A stretch of 17,537 nt of DNA from Pseudomonadota bacterium (lineage in GTDB: Bacteria > Myxococcota > JACRCW01 > JAFGSX01): assembly GCA_043821645.1 (NCBI GenBank), contig JBDRCO010000100.1:1-17537 (forward strand), read 5' to 3'. Below the pieces are notes generated by a model. The model had not been told where the DNA came from, did not search any database, and saw nothing but the letters and a program-made list of their open reading frames with translations. A program made the translations under genes and the position numbers. Within the stretch, counting starts at the first letter, position 1. Every line of letters begins with the position of its first letter. Shown in pieces: positions 15,854-17,537 of the stretch.

Positions 15854-17536
15854 GTGGCAGAACGCGAACCCCGGGGGGACTACAACCTGCGCGTGCTCGG
15901 CGCCCTGGCCCACGGGGTCGAGCAGCGCTTCGGTGAGCTGGGGCTGCAGCGCATGGCGACGGCGGCCGGGCTGCCCCTCGAGGAGCTGCGCGCCGGGCGC
16001 GCGTGGGTCTCGCTGGCCCAGCTCGAGGCGGCCCTGCAGCAGGCCGCGGACCTGCTCGGTGGCGACGAGAGCGCCTTCCTCGAGACCTGCATTCAGGGCA
16101 TGCCGCAGTCCTACGGCGCCCTCAAGTACGTGCTGTGGGCCACCACCCCCGAGCGGGTGTTCAACCTGGCCATGAGCACCGCCCACCTGATGACGACGAT
16201 CAGCCGCTGGCAGCGCGTCGAGCAGGGCGCCAACCGCATGCGCGCGCGCTACCTCAGCGACCAGCCGGAGAGCCGCTGGCTGTGCCTGGTGCGCCAGGCC
16301 AACATCGCGGGCCTGCCCACCTTGTGGGGGCTGCCCCGGCCGCACTTCGTCGAGCACAGCTGCATGGCGCGCGGCGACGCCTGCTGCGAGTACGAGGGCT
16401 GGTGGCCCGCTCGCCGCGGCTGGCTGTGGCCCCTGCTGGCGGCGCTGGTGGGCGGCGGTCTGGGGCTGAGCCTCGGCGTGTCCGGCGTCGCGCCGTGGGT
16501 GCTGGCGCCCCTGCTGGCGCTGCTCGGCGGCGGCGGCGCCGGCTACCTCGATCTGCTGCGCACCCAGCGCCAGAACCAAAACGTGGCGCAGCGCTCGGTC
16601 GAGGCGGTGCGGCAGCTCGCCGAGGACGAGAGGCGGGCCAGGCTGCAGGTGCTCGAGCTCAACGCGCGGCAGCGGCAGTTCGTGCACAAGCTCGACGGCC
16701 AGGTCGCGCAGCGGACCCAGGCGCTGGAGCGCACCCTCGAGCGCATGCAGCACATGCAGCAGGCACAGAGCGAGCTGGTGCAGGGCCGGGCGCACGACCT
16801 GCGCAACCCGCTGGCCAACATCGACGGCAACGCGCAGCTGCTGATCGAGATCGCCGACCAGCTCCCGGCGTCCTACCGCGACGTCGGACATGAGATCCTC
16901 GACGCGGCCAGGCGCCTGCGGCAACAGGCCGACGCGCTGACCCGCTCGCTGCTGGCGCAGATGCAGCCCGAGAAGCTCTGTCTGGAACCGCTGGTGGTGC
17001 CCATGCTGGCGCAGGAGCTGCGCAAGCGCCTGACCGCCATGTCGGTCAAGCCCGAGCTCGCCATCAGCGTCTTTAGCACCCGCGAGGCGCCGGAGCTGAT
17101 CGACGTCGACACCCTGCGCCTGGACCGGGTGCTCGACAACCTGCTGACCAACGCCCTGAAGTACACCGAGCGCGGCAGCATCATCGTCGAGCTGGAGGGC
17201 ACGCCGGACAGCCTGGTGATCAAGATCTCGGACTCGGGCCGCGGCATCACCGAGGACGAGTTCGCCCACGTGTTCAGGCCCGGCGGCAGCCGCGTCGACA
17301 CCCGCGCCCCCAGCAGCCACGGCCTGGGCCTGTCGGTGGTGGTGCGCCTGCTGGCCGAGATGGGGGGCCGGCTCGAGGTGCTGTCGCGGCCGGGCAAGGG
17401 CACCACCTTCTGGATCTACCTGCCCCGCGAGGCCCCGGTGCAACAGGAGGCCGAGGCCGCACCACGGCCCATCGAGACCGACGACGCGCTGCTGGCGCGC
17501 GTGGTCACCATACGCCGCGTGGCCAGCGGGGACTGA
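15854..17536 (+). CDS. Sensor histidine kinase with an N-terminal V4R/HNOB-fold-like domain, TM hairpin, coiled coil, HisKA and HATPase, 560 aa
   Basis: GTG after GAGGTG. WLCLVR...EHSCMARGDACCEY resembles the V4R motif. Two hydrophobic segments, H-box AHDLRNPL, N-box NLLTNALKYT, DSGRGI, VFRPG and HGLGL. Confidence 0.9.
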   Translation: MAEREPRGDYNLRVLGALAHGVEQRFGELGLQRMATAAGLPLEELRAGRAWVSLAQLEAALQQAADLLGGDESAFLETCIQGMPQSYGALKYVLWATTPERVFNLAMSTAHLMTTISRWQRVEQGANRMRARYLSDQPESRWLCLVRQANIAGLPTLWGLPRPHFVEHSCMARGDACCEYEGWWPARRGWLWPLLAALVGGGLGLSLGVSGVAPWVLAPLLALLGGGGAGYLDLLRTQRQNQNVAQRSVEAVRQLAEDERRARLQVLELNARQRQFVHKLDGQVAQRTQALERTLERMQHMQQAQSELVQGRAHDLRNPLANIDGNAQLLIEIADQLPASYRDVGHEILDAARRLRQQADALTRSLLAQMQPEKLCLEPLVVPMLAQELRKRLTAMSVKPELAISVFSTREAPELIDVDTLRLDRVLDNLLTNALKYTERGSIIVELEGTPDSLVIKISDSGRGITEDEFAHVFRPGGSRVDTRAPSSHGLGLSVVVRLLAEMGGRLEVLSRPGKGTTFWIYLPREAPVQQEAEAAPRPIETDDALLARVVTIRRVASGD

Positions 17537-17537
17537 G

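Overview
Very GC-rich bacterial DNA with a myxobacteria/Deltaproteobacteria-like gene style (inference only). Left edge, minus strand: the 5' part of a CheB-type methylesterase gene, probably a CheB/CheR fusion, which the ORF track misses. A tightly coupled six-gene plus-strand ion-homeostasis operon follows (922-10992): a degenerate cation:proton antiporter (CPA)-like protein, TrkA, TrkH, a 1405-aa CPA domain fused to a long helical region plus a P-loop NTPase/winged-helix module, a divergent MscS-like protein and a canonical MscS. Next are a convergent hypothetical gene broken by a single frameshift and a 21-nt-period repeat tract upstream of it. A membrane PAS hybrid histidine kinase is bracketed by two copies of a hairpin plus a perfect 19-bp direct repeat. 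The window ends with a NarL/LuxR response regulator and a divergent histidine kinase with a V4R-like N-terminal sensor. The most unusual items are the CPA-NTPase fusion in its Trk/MscS operon context, the repeat pair flanking the hybrid kinase, and the 21-mer tract with the frameshifted gene. All calls come from reading motifs by eye; no database search was run.
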